Origin: Camelus ferus
Lineage: Eukaryota
Length of the DNA: 64,000 nt
Reading direction: 5' to 3'
Assembly: GCF_009834535.1 (NCBI RefSeq)
Contig: NC_045696.1
Location: 68,636,001 to 68,700,000, forward strand
Positions 47,923 through 60,650 of this stretch are shown one piece after another (the first letter of the stretch is position 1; each line of letters opens with the position of its first letter). The position numbers were made by a program, and so were the translations under genes. Under the pieces are notes generated by a model. That model was not told where the DNA came from. It did no database searches and saw only the letters and a program-made list of their open reading frames with translations.

Positions 47923-50099
47923 ATAAATTAAAAATCTGAGGCTGAGGAAGCTTGAGCAAATTGCTAAGATACAACATTTGAGTGGCAGAGATAGGTTGTG
48001 AATCCAGGTTCTTTAAATCCCACTTGTGTGTTTTTCTCCGTCATGCAGTTCTGGAAGGCAAGGTCAGCCTTCATTAGTCTAGTCATTATGGCTGAGTTGA
48101 GCTGGCACCAGAAAGCAGCTTGCTCTCTGATGGATGGAGGCCAGGAGACAGCCACAGTCATAATGTACGAATTTAATTACCAGCAGTGCACACTGAAATC
48201 CATGGAGGAGAGCAATGAGAAATGAAGGCAGATTATCCAGGGCCACGACACTGCAAAGCTGGGAGACGCTGCACAGCCTGCTGCTGCTCATACCAACAAG
48301 CTGAACTTGGCTCTTTACCTCTGTAGCTTCAGTGTAGCCATAAGGGTGCAGCTCAGGCCTCGGTGAGATTGCCTGGGCCCCCTCTGACATCAATGAGAAT
48401 TTTAAACCTGTGCAAAGAGCAGCCATGACCCCAAGCCAGTAGCAGGAAACAGCCTCAAAGCCACAGGCCCACCAGGGGTGGTTTGGTGAGTGCATTAAAA
48501 GACTCCTGATCTTGACCTCAAGTAGGTGTTTTGCAAAGATTCAGGATTGCCCCCCTAAAGTATAGTTCACAATCAGACTCGAGTTTCTCACTGAAGTTAC
48601 TGATTTCTCCCAACATCACTCTGACAGGACATTGTGACAGCCTGTTTTGTGTCTCTCTGTTGGGTACTCTTCCTTCTCAGTCACAAGATTGAAAATTAGG
48701 CTTTCCATTGTTGTGGAAAGAGGTCAATTCTATCTCTCTCCCTGCCAACTCTTTAGAGATTTTTTTCCCATTTCATTTTAAAAAATCCAAATACATTATA
48801 ACCCTGATTCAATGAGAAGGAGCCTGTCTGGCCCTGGGATCACCTTTAATTACTAGGTATCAGTTTGCATGTGTCAGGTCTGCAAAGGAGAGATTGGTGA
48901 GGGCTACTGCTTCAGAACAGAACCTGCTGTGCACAGGACCTGCTCGTAAGACAGAGAGGCTGTGAGATTATAGGTGATGAATGTTGCCTGAGGCACCAGT
49001 GCTACTGCATGATTTTCTCTCCTTGTTCTTCCCTTACAGCCCCACGATTTATAATGCTCTGTCGTGTCCAATTTTGGTCACAGCCTGATGGATGTCATAA
49101 GGCTGTAAAAACCCTGAGGTTTTGCTTTTTTGTGTGTTTTCTCCCACTTTGTATTTGTTATAATCCATGTCACCCAATAACGGATTAATTTTTTGATCCA
49201 TTTTTTTGTTCTTGTTAAGCCTCTGAGGTTTGGGAAATGAATATTCAGAGTGCTAGTGTGTGGGACTGAGCTGAAAAATTATTCTGGCATAGGTATTTAG
49301 GAAGAAGAAAATGAGGTACTGTTCCAGGGAATTTGATATACATAAAGAGGGTCAGATTAGGGATGAGAGGCTCTGGATTTGAATCCAGGCTGTGCCACTA
49401 GCTGATTGCCATGATCTGGACACGTTGCCTCGCCTCCCTGCCTCAGTTTCCCTTTCTGCCTAAAAAAGCACTGGACTAGATGGTGTCTGGGTTCAGTCCC
49501 AGTTCTGGCACTCTGTGGATAGATCAGGACTCTGGTCTATGTTAGGAATGCAGAAGAGTCCTTCCACGTCCCACGTTAGTGCTCTTGATACCATCAAGTG
49601 GTCTAAGTGTTTCCAGTGCATAGTAAAGTAGTGAACTTCAGTGCTGTTCCCCAGAAAATCGTACCTCCTGATAGACTTTTCCCTCAGAGAAACTGGAGAG
49701 TATGTGAGCTAAGGAGGAGACCTAGAAAGCACCTGTTGGAAGAGGAGAAAGATGGTGCATATGTGTAAGTCTGTGTCTGAGAAGAGGGAAGAGTAGGGAA
49801 GTAAGTGGGGCTACTTACCTTGAGGAAGGGAAGATGCACTAGACAGATAGATGGCTACCTGGACCTACAGAGGTGTTTCATGTACAAGGGGAAGCAACCC
49901 TCAAGTCAATGAGCACATCATGGTCCATAATCATTTGTAGGTCTGTTTCCGTTCTTCTCTGCATGATTTCCTTAAGTGCAAGTACCAGAGAGATTTGAAG
50001 TCTAACAGGTACTATTGAGTCTAGATTTATAGATAAAACCCAAATGAGAATCAAAAGCAAAACAAGACATTACTTAGAATCTGCACTTTACCCTGAGAG

Positions 50100-51620
50100 G
50101 CCTGTCTACTTTTATTCTGTGAAGACAAGTCAGCTTCAATGAAGAAATTCCATCTTAAATTCCCGACCCCATTCATTTTCAATGACTTTCACCTCCATTT
50201 ATTTAAGTCACCCGGTCCCACGGTCACATACATGACCTTGTCATGTTCAAATCTGCTTTCTTCTCTTCCACTCTGCTATACCCATTTCAAGCTGTGTCCA
50301 CTCTCTACAGAATTCTAACCCTGCTATTTCACTAGGTCATGCTCAGGAGATGGCCATCCCGGGGAAATCTGAAATCTTTAAATGAGAATTTCCTCAATTT
50401 TCTGCCACAAAAATTGTAAATTCTTTTTTGTCTGCACCCATTCTTCTGTCCTTCACTACTGCTTTGACAGCAGAGATATCCTTCAACCTAAGTTAAACAA
50501 TGACTTCAGTCTTTCCCCAAAACCTTGACAATTTCCTCTTTTCTGTATCTCTAATCTTCTTTTTGTCCACTGGCCCCTTCCACTCAGCATTTAAATGTAT
50601 AGAAATCTTTCTTGTCTCAAAAAGCCTCCATCTGGACCCACATCCCCTTCCAGCTACCACTGATCTCTTTCCTCCCTGTCATAGACACATTCTCATGAGT
50701 CAGTCACTGCCTCCACTTTCGTACCTCCCACTTACTCCTCAACTCCCTACATCTGACTTCTGTCCCCAACACACCACTGAAACTGATCTCACCCTGTTCT
50801 CCTTCAAACTCCTTGTTGCAAAATCCATTGGGTAATTCTCAGTTTCATATTATTTGATCTCTGCAGAAATGTATACTACTGACCTCTTTGAAACAATCTT
50901 CCTTTGACTTCTAAGATACACAGTCCTGGTTTGTGTTATTTTGTTTTTGTCCTCAACTTTCTGGCTACTCTCTTAGTCTCCTTTGCAAATTCTCTTTTCT
51001 ATGCTTTTAGTGTCCCTCAGAGTAGTTATCTTCTCATCTCAAGCCACACTCTCCTTAGGTTATCCCAGGAATTCCCACATAGAGCTGTCTTATATACGAT
51101 GATGCCCATTTAGTTTCAGTCTCTCCTGAGTTTCATAATTTTATCTTCAGTTATCCCCTGAATGTCTCCACTTTGACTTCCATAGGACTTCCAATGCATC
51201 TAGAAAATAATTTATTATTTTCTTTCCCAAACCAACTCCTCTACCTTTGTTTCTTATTTCAGTCAATGGCATTACCACCATCCAGCTGCTAGCACAAGTT
51301 GGAAGTCTAGATGCCAACCTGCCCTTCGTTCTCCATCTCTTCCTGAGCTCTGAATCAAACAAATCACCATACCCTGCCAATTCTTCCTTCTAAGTTAGCA
51401 TCTCTCAAAACTCTCCATTTCTTCTCCTATCATCCTAACTGGACTATCATTATCTCTGTCTTCCCTATCTCTCCAATCCATTTTCACCAAAAGTGATCTA
51501 TTGAAAACTCAGATCTCACCATGCCAATCTCCCACCAAATACTATGTTTCCATACTACTTTTAAGAGGAGCCTTCCTCTTGATTTGACCCCATAACCCTT
51601 ATGACCTTAACACTGCTTGC
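50100..51620. mobile_element. L2 remnant
   Basis: C/T-rich, with L2 motifs (caaactccttgttgcaaaatccattgg; tcagtcaatggcattaccaccatccagctgctagcacaag). Confidence 0.6.
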
Positions 51621-51630
51621 CTCTTTAGGC

Positions 51631-51847
51631 TAGGATTTCCCAACCTCAGCACTGTTGACATTTGGAGATAAATAATTCTTTGTTGAGGGAAGTTATCCTC
51701 TGAATTCTAGAATATTTCACAGCATTCCTGGTCTCTACTCACTAGATGTTAGTCATACCACCTCCCCAGTTATGATGACCAGAAGTGCCTCCTGACAAAG
51801 CTGAATGTCCCTTAGAGGGCAAAATCAACCCTGGTGGAGAACCACTG
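51631..51847. mobile_element. MER20 (hAT-Charlie)
   Basis: cccaacctcagcactgttgacatttggagataaataattctttgttg...gagggcaaaatcaaccctggtggagaaccactg; about 217 nt; degenerate 8-bp TSD ctttaggc/cttgagac. Confidence 0.85.
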
Positions 51848-51954
51848 CTTGAGACTAATCTCTCAGTATACTTTGTGCCCTCTATGTTTGAATTTCTAGC
51901 CATATTAGCTTTTTTAAATTCCTCTAATGAACCATCTTAAATTTATTTTATATT

Positions 51955-52345
51955 TGTAGCAGCTTTATTGAGATATAATTCACATGGCACACAATTTACC
52001 CAAAGTGTACCAACTGAAAGGTTTTTAGTGTATTTACAGAGATGTGTAACTATCACCACAATCAATTTCAGGACATTTTCATCACCTAAAATAAACTTAT
52101 ATTCCTAGGTAGTCAATTCCCATTTTCTCCCAACCCACCAAGCCCTAGGCAGTCACCAGTCCACTTTCTGTCTCTATAGAGTTGCTTTTATGTACATTTC
52201 ACATTAATGGAGTCATGCAATTTTATGGTCTTTTACGACTTAGCATGATATTTTCACTTAGCATAATGTTTTCAAGGTTTATCCATGTTGTAGCTTATAT
52301 CAGTACTTCATTCCTTTTTATTGCTGAATAGTATTCTATATGATT
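51955..52345 (-). mobile_element. Old L1 (L1MB-type) 3' end
   Basis: cagctttattgagatataattcaca...agcataatgttttcaaggtttatccatgttgtagc. Confidence 0.75.
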
Positions 52346-55300
52346 ATATTTCTGAGGTTTGTTCATATTTTATGGATACTCTGCATTTTTCTGTCTCTTT
52401 CAGACACTATCCTTAACTTCATTACAAGATTCTGTCCATGCACAGTCCAACTCGTGGTCTCTACCCTAAGTTCTAGGAATTGTCATGTTATGGTGTGGAC
52501 TGACAGGCCACTCTGGACGTCATCTTGCTCTGACCTTATATTAATAATTGAGTTTCTCTTCAGTGAAGACTTTCTTAATCCTTTTTCTCTGTCCTGCCCC
52601 CTTCCTTTGCCTCTCCCCTCATCCTTACAACTGGGCTTGGTAAGGTCAGAACTTCGGTATTGTTATCATAGTGCCCTGAGCATGTTTTTTCAAAGTGCTA
52701 CATTATTTACTGTCTACTCTCTCACCATTCTCACTAATTTAAACCTTTTGAAGGCAAAGACAATATATTATTATTAATACTTCCAGCACCTGGCATGTTG
52801 TCTGGCACATGTTAAGCATTTTAATATTTGTTGTTGTTGAATGAATGAAAGAATGAATCACTACTTTGATAACCTGCCTGGCATTGTGGTTTCTCTGGAT
52901 CTGGGCCTGGCTTAGTCCTGGATGGGCTTCCCAGAGATAGAGTCTTGCCTCTGCATGGGGTCTGGAAGCATTGACAAGCACCTGCTGTCAGTCTCTCAGA
53001 CAGTCTTCCTAGATGGCTGACTGTGCTTTGCCCCATCTTCCCCTTCCCAGTACACAACCATTTCTCCTGTATCCCTTGTTGACCCTCTTCACCTTGACTT
53101 GCTGACCTAGCTGCCATCTCCTGCTTTCACTGTTCTCTTGTGATCTTGTGCTGTAACCTGATTCTTGAGTGCGCCAAGGGTTTCGTCCAGGGAAGGACTG
53201 AGCCAACAGCCTTGTTCAGGCAGTTGGACCCGCTACTGTGGAGCTTAGAGAATAAGCATGGCTCTCTTAAACAGGAGACAGCAAAAAGCAACTTCTTTCT
53301 TACTCATTGTTGCCTGATGCAGAGCGGAAAGATGTGTTTTATGGTTTGTGTAAGATTTGTGTTGTCTCTTGTGTAACAAATGAAGCACTGTTCTAAATGC
53401 TTTACAAATATTAACCTGCTCAGTCTTCATAATGTTAAGAGATAGCTCCCATTCTCAGCCATTTCACAGATGGAAACACAAAGAACTTAACCTGTCCACT
53501 GTCACATGGATGCTGAGTGGCAGAGCCCGGAATCAAAACCAGGTACTCCAGCTCTAGAACTGCTCTGCTGCATCTCTACGTCCTGCCCCTCTGGCTAGAA
53601 GGCTCCTTTATCACCTCTTCACCTGTCCAGGTGCTACCCATCTGTTAGTTTTTAGCTCAGATGGCTTTTCCCCATAATAAGTAAGCTTTGACTGCTTCTC
53701 CAAACCTGGATTTGGCACTTGCCCTGTATGCTCCCAGAGGAGCTCCCTGGTGTTTCTCCTTTTATTTCATACTTATAAACCTATTGACTTTGCTATCTTC
53801 TCTTCTATGACTTGAGCTCTTTAAGAGCAGGAATATTTCCTAGCTGGTATACCGCTGTACTCCCACATTTAAGAATGAAATACCTGGCAAGTAGTAAGTG
53901 CTCAAAAATATTTCTTACATAAATAAATGAATCCAAATGTCTCTATCTAATGTCAAAATTTAGTGTTATTTTATGAGATTCTGCTAGTCCGTCTTCCTTG
54001 CTCCTCTTCTCATTGATTTTTGGATTGACAGAGTATCAAAATGAAATGAAATGAAATAACAGCTAATAGGCTTTCCCAAACTCTCACTCTCAAAAGTGGA
54101 TTACATGATTTTAATACAGTAGGTAATTAATATAATAGGCTCACATAGCTAATAAATCTGCATTGTTTAGACCACTTCTAGAATTTGTCTCCAACTCTGA
54201 GAACACACTAAACACACTAAAAGGAATATTAACAATCTTAATATATTATGGAAGACTCCTCACCACCCATTTCACAGAGAAGGGAAGGCAAAAGAAACTC
54301 AGCCCTTGACAACATCACTGAGCTGTGGAAAGCAGAACAAAACAAAACCTTGTAGAGTTCACCTTATCTCAGTTAACTGAGCACAACGTTCCCCTTTACT
54401 ATCTGGAGCTATTTGAATTAGATTTTCTGGTCCTTGTGACATAAAGGTATCCTGGTACTTGGAGCACGTCCAAGGACCTGTTAGCCGGGTGCCATGGGGC
54501 CCCAAATGTGGGCAGATGAGGCCACTGCCCCAGCTAACTCCCAGATCACGCAAAACTAAAGAAAGGGAAGGAGCCTTCAGGAATGCAAAGATCCTGACCA
54601 TCACTGCCCCTGGAACTCTGTCTCCATTCCCCAGGCTTCAGGAATTCAGAACTACGTTCTGTGAATCTAACCTTCTCCAGTCTCTCCTTTGTTGACAGAT
54701 CCAGGCTCAACATCTGATGTTGAGTAAGCACAGACTTCTGGAACCAGAGCATCATCTTTCTATTAAATAAAATTGCTAGGGAAAGAAAGAGAGGATATTT
54801 AATTTGTATTATGAGAACATTTAACTAAATATATATTTCTTCCAACAATGTCTTACAGTTTTATAAAGGAAGGACTGACACAAAGAATAACACCAATAAA
54901 ATACAAACAACAGGGGATTGGATACCAAGGAAAACTAAAGCAGGAGAGAGAACGTTTTCAAAAATGTCTCCACAAATCCTAGGAAAGGGGAACAATTGAA
55001 GAAAAATAAAGACATAGGGAACAACTTTAAAAGATCCCATTTAGGTATATAAAACCTGGAGGAGAAAAGTGCAAATTGAGGAGAAATAATAAAAGAAATT
55101 CCTTAAGTCAAAGAAAGACTTAATGTTTTAGTTTGAAATGATTTCATAAAGAGCAATCTAATTAATTAAGAGTCCTAAATTGACATATTGTAACTGACTG
55201 TACTTCAATTAAAAAAAAGGAGTCCTACAGGACTCTTTTAATTAATTAAGAGTGGGAGGAAATGGCTTACCTACAAAGAAACAAAAATGAGGTTGGCGTC

Positions 55301-55529
55301 AGATAATTTCTCATTAACATTAAATTTCAAAAGAAAAGAAGCAACATTTGCAGAGTTTAAAGGGAAAATATTCAAGACTGAAAAATCTATCTAGTCAAGT
55401 TATTTTCACTTGCAGGGGATTGGGGGAAGATACTCTTGACAAGTAAGAACCTAGTATAGACATCTGCTCTTTCCAGATCTTATTAAAATTGTGTCCTGAA
55501 AAGTGAATAAAAATCCTAGGATGGGAATG

Positions 55530-58500
55530 TCTTTAATGCTTCAATATTTAATATAAATTTTGCTGTTAGTATCTAACAGATACTTTTTAACATATTTAGG
55601 ATAGGCTCATATTCTTACTATTTTGCATGGAGTTTTAGTAACTAATATGTAACTTCTGCAAGGCATGAAGTCATGCCCATTTTTTTTCACTCCTCTATCC
55701 AATGACTAGAAAAGTGTTTAGCACATAGTTGGTGTTTAAGAAATACTTGTTGGAGAAATGACTCAATTAACCAGAAATAGATGCTGTATCAAGTCCAGTG
55801 CCTTTCCCTCACATGGTTTTTCTTTTTTAATAATTAATGTTCTGGTTTGCATTCATGGACTTCTTAATACTGAACCATCCTTACACTCCTGGAATAAATT
55901 CTTCTTACTGACTACATACTATTCCTTTAATATACAGCTGCATTTGATTTGCTAAGATTTTTACAAGTAATCTTACATTAGATATTGTTGTTTTATATTT
56001 TTTGTTTGTTATGTATGTGTTTGTCTTTTTTTTTTTTTTTTTCCTATCCTGAATCCATTCTCCCTTCTCTTAGTGAGAGGTTCAGTTTTCCTTTGGAGAA
56101 TTACTGCTTTCTCCCTCACAGCCCATGAGGATCAGATCAGGCTAACTCTACCTCTGCTCTAGGAGTGGACACATAATCCACTTTTGGCCAGCTGGAGCAC
56201 CAGATCTCCTGGCCACAATGGACAGTTTGGTGATGGGCACTGGAGCCAAGCCAGACCAATGATACCTCTTCTCAGGACTTGTACTGTAATTGTCAGTAGA
56301 GATGCTCTTATCCTGCTGGAGTTCCAAGCTGGTAGAATGTCAGCTTGTACCTGCTGGTAAATACCTTGCCGCAGCCAGGTGGAAGTATGCTTGGAGAGTG
56401 AAACCAGCACAAAGGGAAACTTTAAGTACTTGTTCCAGCATGCCAAAGAACATACTTCCATATTTTTGGGTAACATGAACATAAACATAAGCTCCTCTTT
56501 CCTCTTAAGTCAGTTGACAAAATTAATATAACATTCATAAGTTAGAATTGTCTATATTTTTATTTTTTATGCTCTCTTTATGTTTTGGTATCAGGTCTAT
56601 GTTGGCCTCATAAAAAGATATGGGAAAATTTTATTTCATTTACACTCTAAAATATCTTGGAAAGCTAATTATTATACCTCCTTCTATTCATATTCAGAAT
56701 GAAAAATAAACACTGGGCTTTAGAGAGGATGAAATACAGTATACCCTGTATTACTGGGAAGGCTGGACTGAAGAACATAGTGAGCTGTGTCGTCCAGATA
56801 AGGTCCCCCTGGACTGAACTTCCCAGTCAGTTCCCAGTACTGGAAGGTACTAGGGAGCAAAGGCCTCTTCCGCTGATGTCCCTGTGCCCACATGTACAAG
56901 GTGGGGAGGGCCAGAGTGCCCTGTTGGAAGTCAATTTTAATTATTTCAACTTTCTTAAAGAATTCTGTGTTTCACTGTGCTTCTTTATGTGGTTATACTT
57001 TTCTCATTCCTAATGCTTTATATTTTTTCTTTCTTCATTTCTTTAAAGCCCACATTCCTAGGGACTTACTTTCTTTTATTTGTCTTGAAGGGAAAGCTTG
57101 GTTGTTATTTTTGGCCTTTTTTGATTAATAGTAAAAGCACTTAAATCTATGAGTAGTCCTGTAAGTACTGGTTAGCACCGGCCCACAGTTTTTCTATGTA
57201 CCATTCATTTTTGTTGATTTTTAGCTGATCTCAGAGTATAGTTTTGATTTCTTTTACAGTTTCTTAAAGAAAATTGTGGGATATTTTCTGTTTGGTTTCT
57301 GGCTTTGTTTTGATCTGCCTTTCATGTGGATCTAGTTCAATTGTGTGATAATCCCAGGTTGTAGTCAGTAAGATTTTTACATTTTGAAGTGTATTATTCA
57401 AGATTTTCTTTGTGACTAAATACATCATGAATTTCTTCAACTCTGGATGCATGTAAGAATATATATTCTCTATAAGGTATCAAGCAAGTACCAGATTATC
57501 TAGTAAGTTTATCCTACTAATTATGTGATTAAAGTCATTTATATCCTTTTCATATTTTTTGCCTATTTGGTCAATCAAATGCTAAGACAGATATGTTTAA
57601 AAAACTCTTTAATTATGTTTTTATTAAATTTTATTTTCTGAAAGTTGTGCTTTGTATATTTTGCTATGTATTGTTTAGGGTACATGAAAGTTTGTGACAT
57701 ATGTATAGTCTTGATGTTTTTAATCAAGTGGAAAATATTCTCTTTTCTCCAGTTTTACTCTTGGTCTCAGATATTACTTTATCTGATATTAACACTGCCA
57801 GTTTTGGGTGGTCTTTTTTTGCATTTTAAGGATATACATTAAATTTTCATTATGAAATATACAGAAAAAGATGCAGAGAACATAAATTATGACAAAGAAT
57901 CACTCATCTGACCACTACCCAGTTCAAGTATCCAAATGTAGAATATTGACAGAAACCTAAAAGCCAACATTTCTGCCCAATCGTCCCCTTGAATGTTACC
58001 ATTATCCTGATTTGTAGGAATTGCCTCCTTTCTCTTCATATTTTAACCACTGAAGTGTATATTCAGTACTCTATCACTTGGATTTGCCTATTTCTGAAAT
58101 GTACATAAATAAAATTATTCATACACTCTTATGTCTTACTTCTTTTGCTCAATATTATATTTTAAAGATTCATTCACCTTGTTCTATGTAGTTACAGCTT
58201 TTGGTTGCTGTTGATGATGCTGTATAGTATTTCATTGTATAAATACAGAGCGATTTATTTTTCTCTTCCACTGTTGTCTGACATTTGGGTTATTTCTAGT
58301 TTGGGCTGTTTTATAATGCTTCTATGAACATTCTTGAGCAAGTTTCTTGCACACACATTTCTATTGGCTATATAACAATAAGTAGAATCGTTGGGTCATG
58401 GTGAGTTCAAATTTAGTAGGGATTGCCGAACTTATACAAAGGGATTGTGCCTATTTATAACTCCCACACATATGAGTTTCTATTGCTTCATATTCTCACT

Positions 58501-60650
58501 GTTAAAAGATATAATTAGTCTTTTTAATTATAATCATTCTGGTGAATGTATAGTGATATCTTCCAGTGGTTTTAATTTTGGAACTCTGAGGTTACTATTG
58601 AAAGTGGGTGCTTTTTCATATGTTAATTTTCTACAGGCTTTCATCTTTTGTGACTGCCTGTTCAAGACTCTTGCTAATTCTTGGATTATCTGCCATTTTC
58701 TTATTGATTTGTTTTTTAGTTTTATTTTGGATATGAACCCCTTGAAAAAATATTCTTCCACTCTATAGCTTGCATTTTTACTCTCTCAACGGTGTCTTTT
58801 GATGAATGTAATTCCTTCATTTTAATATCAGATTTTTCATGTTTTTTTTATAATTTGTACTTCATATCTTTTTAAAAAAGAAAAAGATAAAGAAATTGTT
58901 GTATAAAGAAATTTGTTGTATAAAGAAATTTGTATAATTTGTATAAAGAAATTTGCCTATTTTATCTTGTAAAATATTTGTCTTTCAAATTTAGATCTCA
59001 GATCTTCTTGGAATTAATTTTTGCATATTTTGTGAGATATGGGTCAAGCTAATACCATTTACTGAAAAAACTGTTCTTTCTCTACTGCTCTTCATTATCA
59101 CCTATATCACATATCAAGCATCCGTGTATGTTGGAGTCTGCCTCTGGACTCTGTTCTAGTCCATTGGGCCATATGCTTGTGCTAACATTACACTGTTTTA
59201 ATTACTGTAACCTTATAATAAGTCTTTACATTTTGTATAGCATGTCTTCCTACCTTGGTTTCTTTTTCAAAAGAAGTACCTTGGCTATGCTTGACTTCAT
59301 ATTTCCATATATATTTTATAATCAGCATATCAAGACAAGCATTAAGATTATCATAATCAGAAACACAATCTTAATCCTTTAAGATTTTGACTGGAACTGT
59401 ATTGAATATTTAGATCAACTTAGAAAAAATGTCATATTTACAAAATGCCTTCTAGTCCATGAGTATATTATAACTCTCTGTTTAGTTTGGTCTTCCTAAA
59501 TGTCTCAACAATTCTACACTTGCCTTAAACATCTGTTGCTAAATTCTATCCTAGATATTTCATATTGTTATGCCCTTATAAATGATATACTTTGAGAATT
59601 TTATGTTTTAATGGCTTATTGCAGGTATATATGAATACTTTTGATTTTTGTACGTTGTATATGCTTATAGTTCCTGAAGAAGAGACTCTTAGAATGCTTT
59701 CCCTCACTCTATCCTCTTTCTGCCTGTTAAAATAACCAGGATTTTTACTTTGAGTTTTTAAAATATTTATTCAGTATTCTATTTTAAGAAACTTGATTTA
59801 TACTTGAAGATGAGATTTACTGGAGTCATTGAAAAATCAGTATTTTTCTTATATATTTTATCTTCCCCAATCTGATTTTTTTCCTAATTACATTTTAATG
59901 TTGAAGGCATATTTCTTCAAGTCTTTTGTAAGAAGTCCATAGCCACATACTTTTTGAGTCCTTGCAGTTTTTGGTTGGAAAACCAAGGAATCACATCCTT
60001 TTCCATTGATATTCTTTGAATATTTCTCAACATCTTCTAGCTTCCAGTGTTGCAAATAAGAACTCTAATGTTAAAATAATTCTCTTGTCCTTGTAAGTAA
60101 CCTGTTGTCTCTTCTTAAAAACTTGTAATATGTGCTTGTTCCTGGAAGTTAACATTTTTCACCAGAAAATGTCTATTTGTATTATTTTTGTTAATTGTGT
60201 GTATAATTCTGTGACTTTTAACCTGAAAATGTAGGTCTTTTTTTTCAACTTCAGATAGTTTTTATTTTCTATTTTTTATTATTGTTTCTTCATTCTTTCC
60301 TTTTTTCCTCCAGAGCCGCTTGTCTTTGTCAATTATATATCCTGCATTTCTGCACCATTTTTCTCTTATTTTCACTAGTAATTTTCATTGATTTGTCTTT
60401 TTTGCTCTATATTCTGGAGTGTATTTTTAAGTCTGTTTTTTGGAGCATTAATTCAGTTTTCAGTCCCTCCATATATTTTCACTCCTATGTATATAGTCTT
60501 TTAATTTCAGAAATTGTTTTTAAAATTGTTTTTCCTGACTTTTGAGTTTTCTTATTATCAGCTTTCTCGTTTGTAAAATCTTCTTGAATCTCATTGAAAA
60601 TTTGTATCAGAGTGTTCTCCTTCTTGCTCTCTTGCCTCTATTCTATTTAA
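55530..60650 (-). mobile_element. Cluster of old, nested L1M/HAL1-like fragments (with an MLT-like LTR at about 56040-56520)
   Basis: Very T-rich + strand with recognisable antisense L1 motifs (e.g. gattcattcaccttgttctatgtag, ggactctgttctagtccattgg); no intact ORFs. Confidence 0.6.
58888..58955. repeat. Short imperfect tandem repeat (ataaagaaatttgttgt-like, about 4 units)
   Basis: ataaagaaatt recurs four times with variable spacers. Confidence 0.8.
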
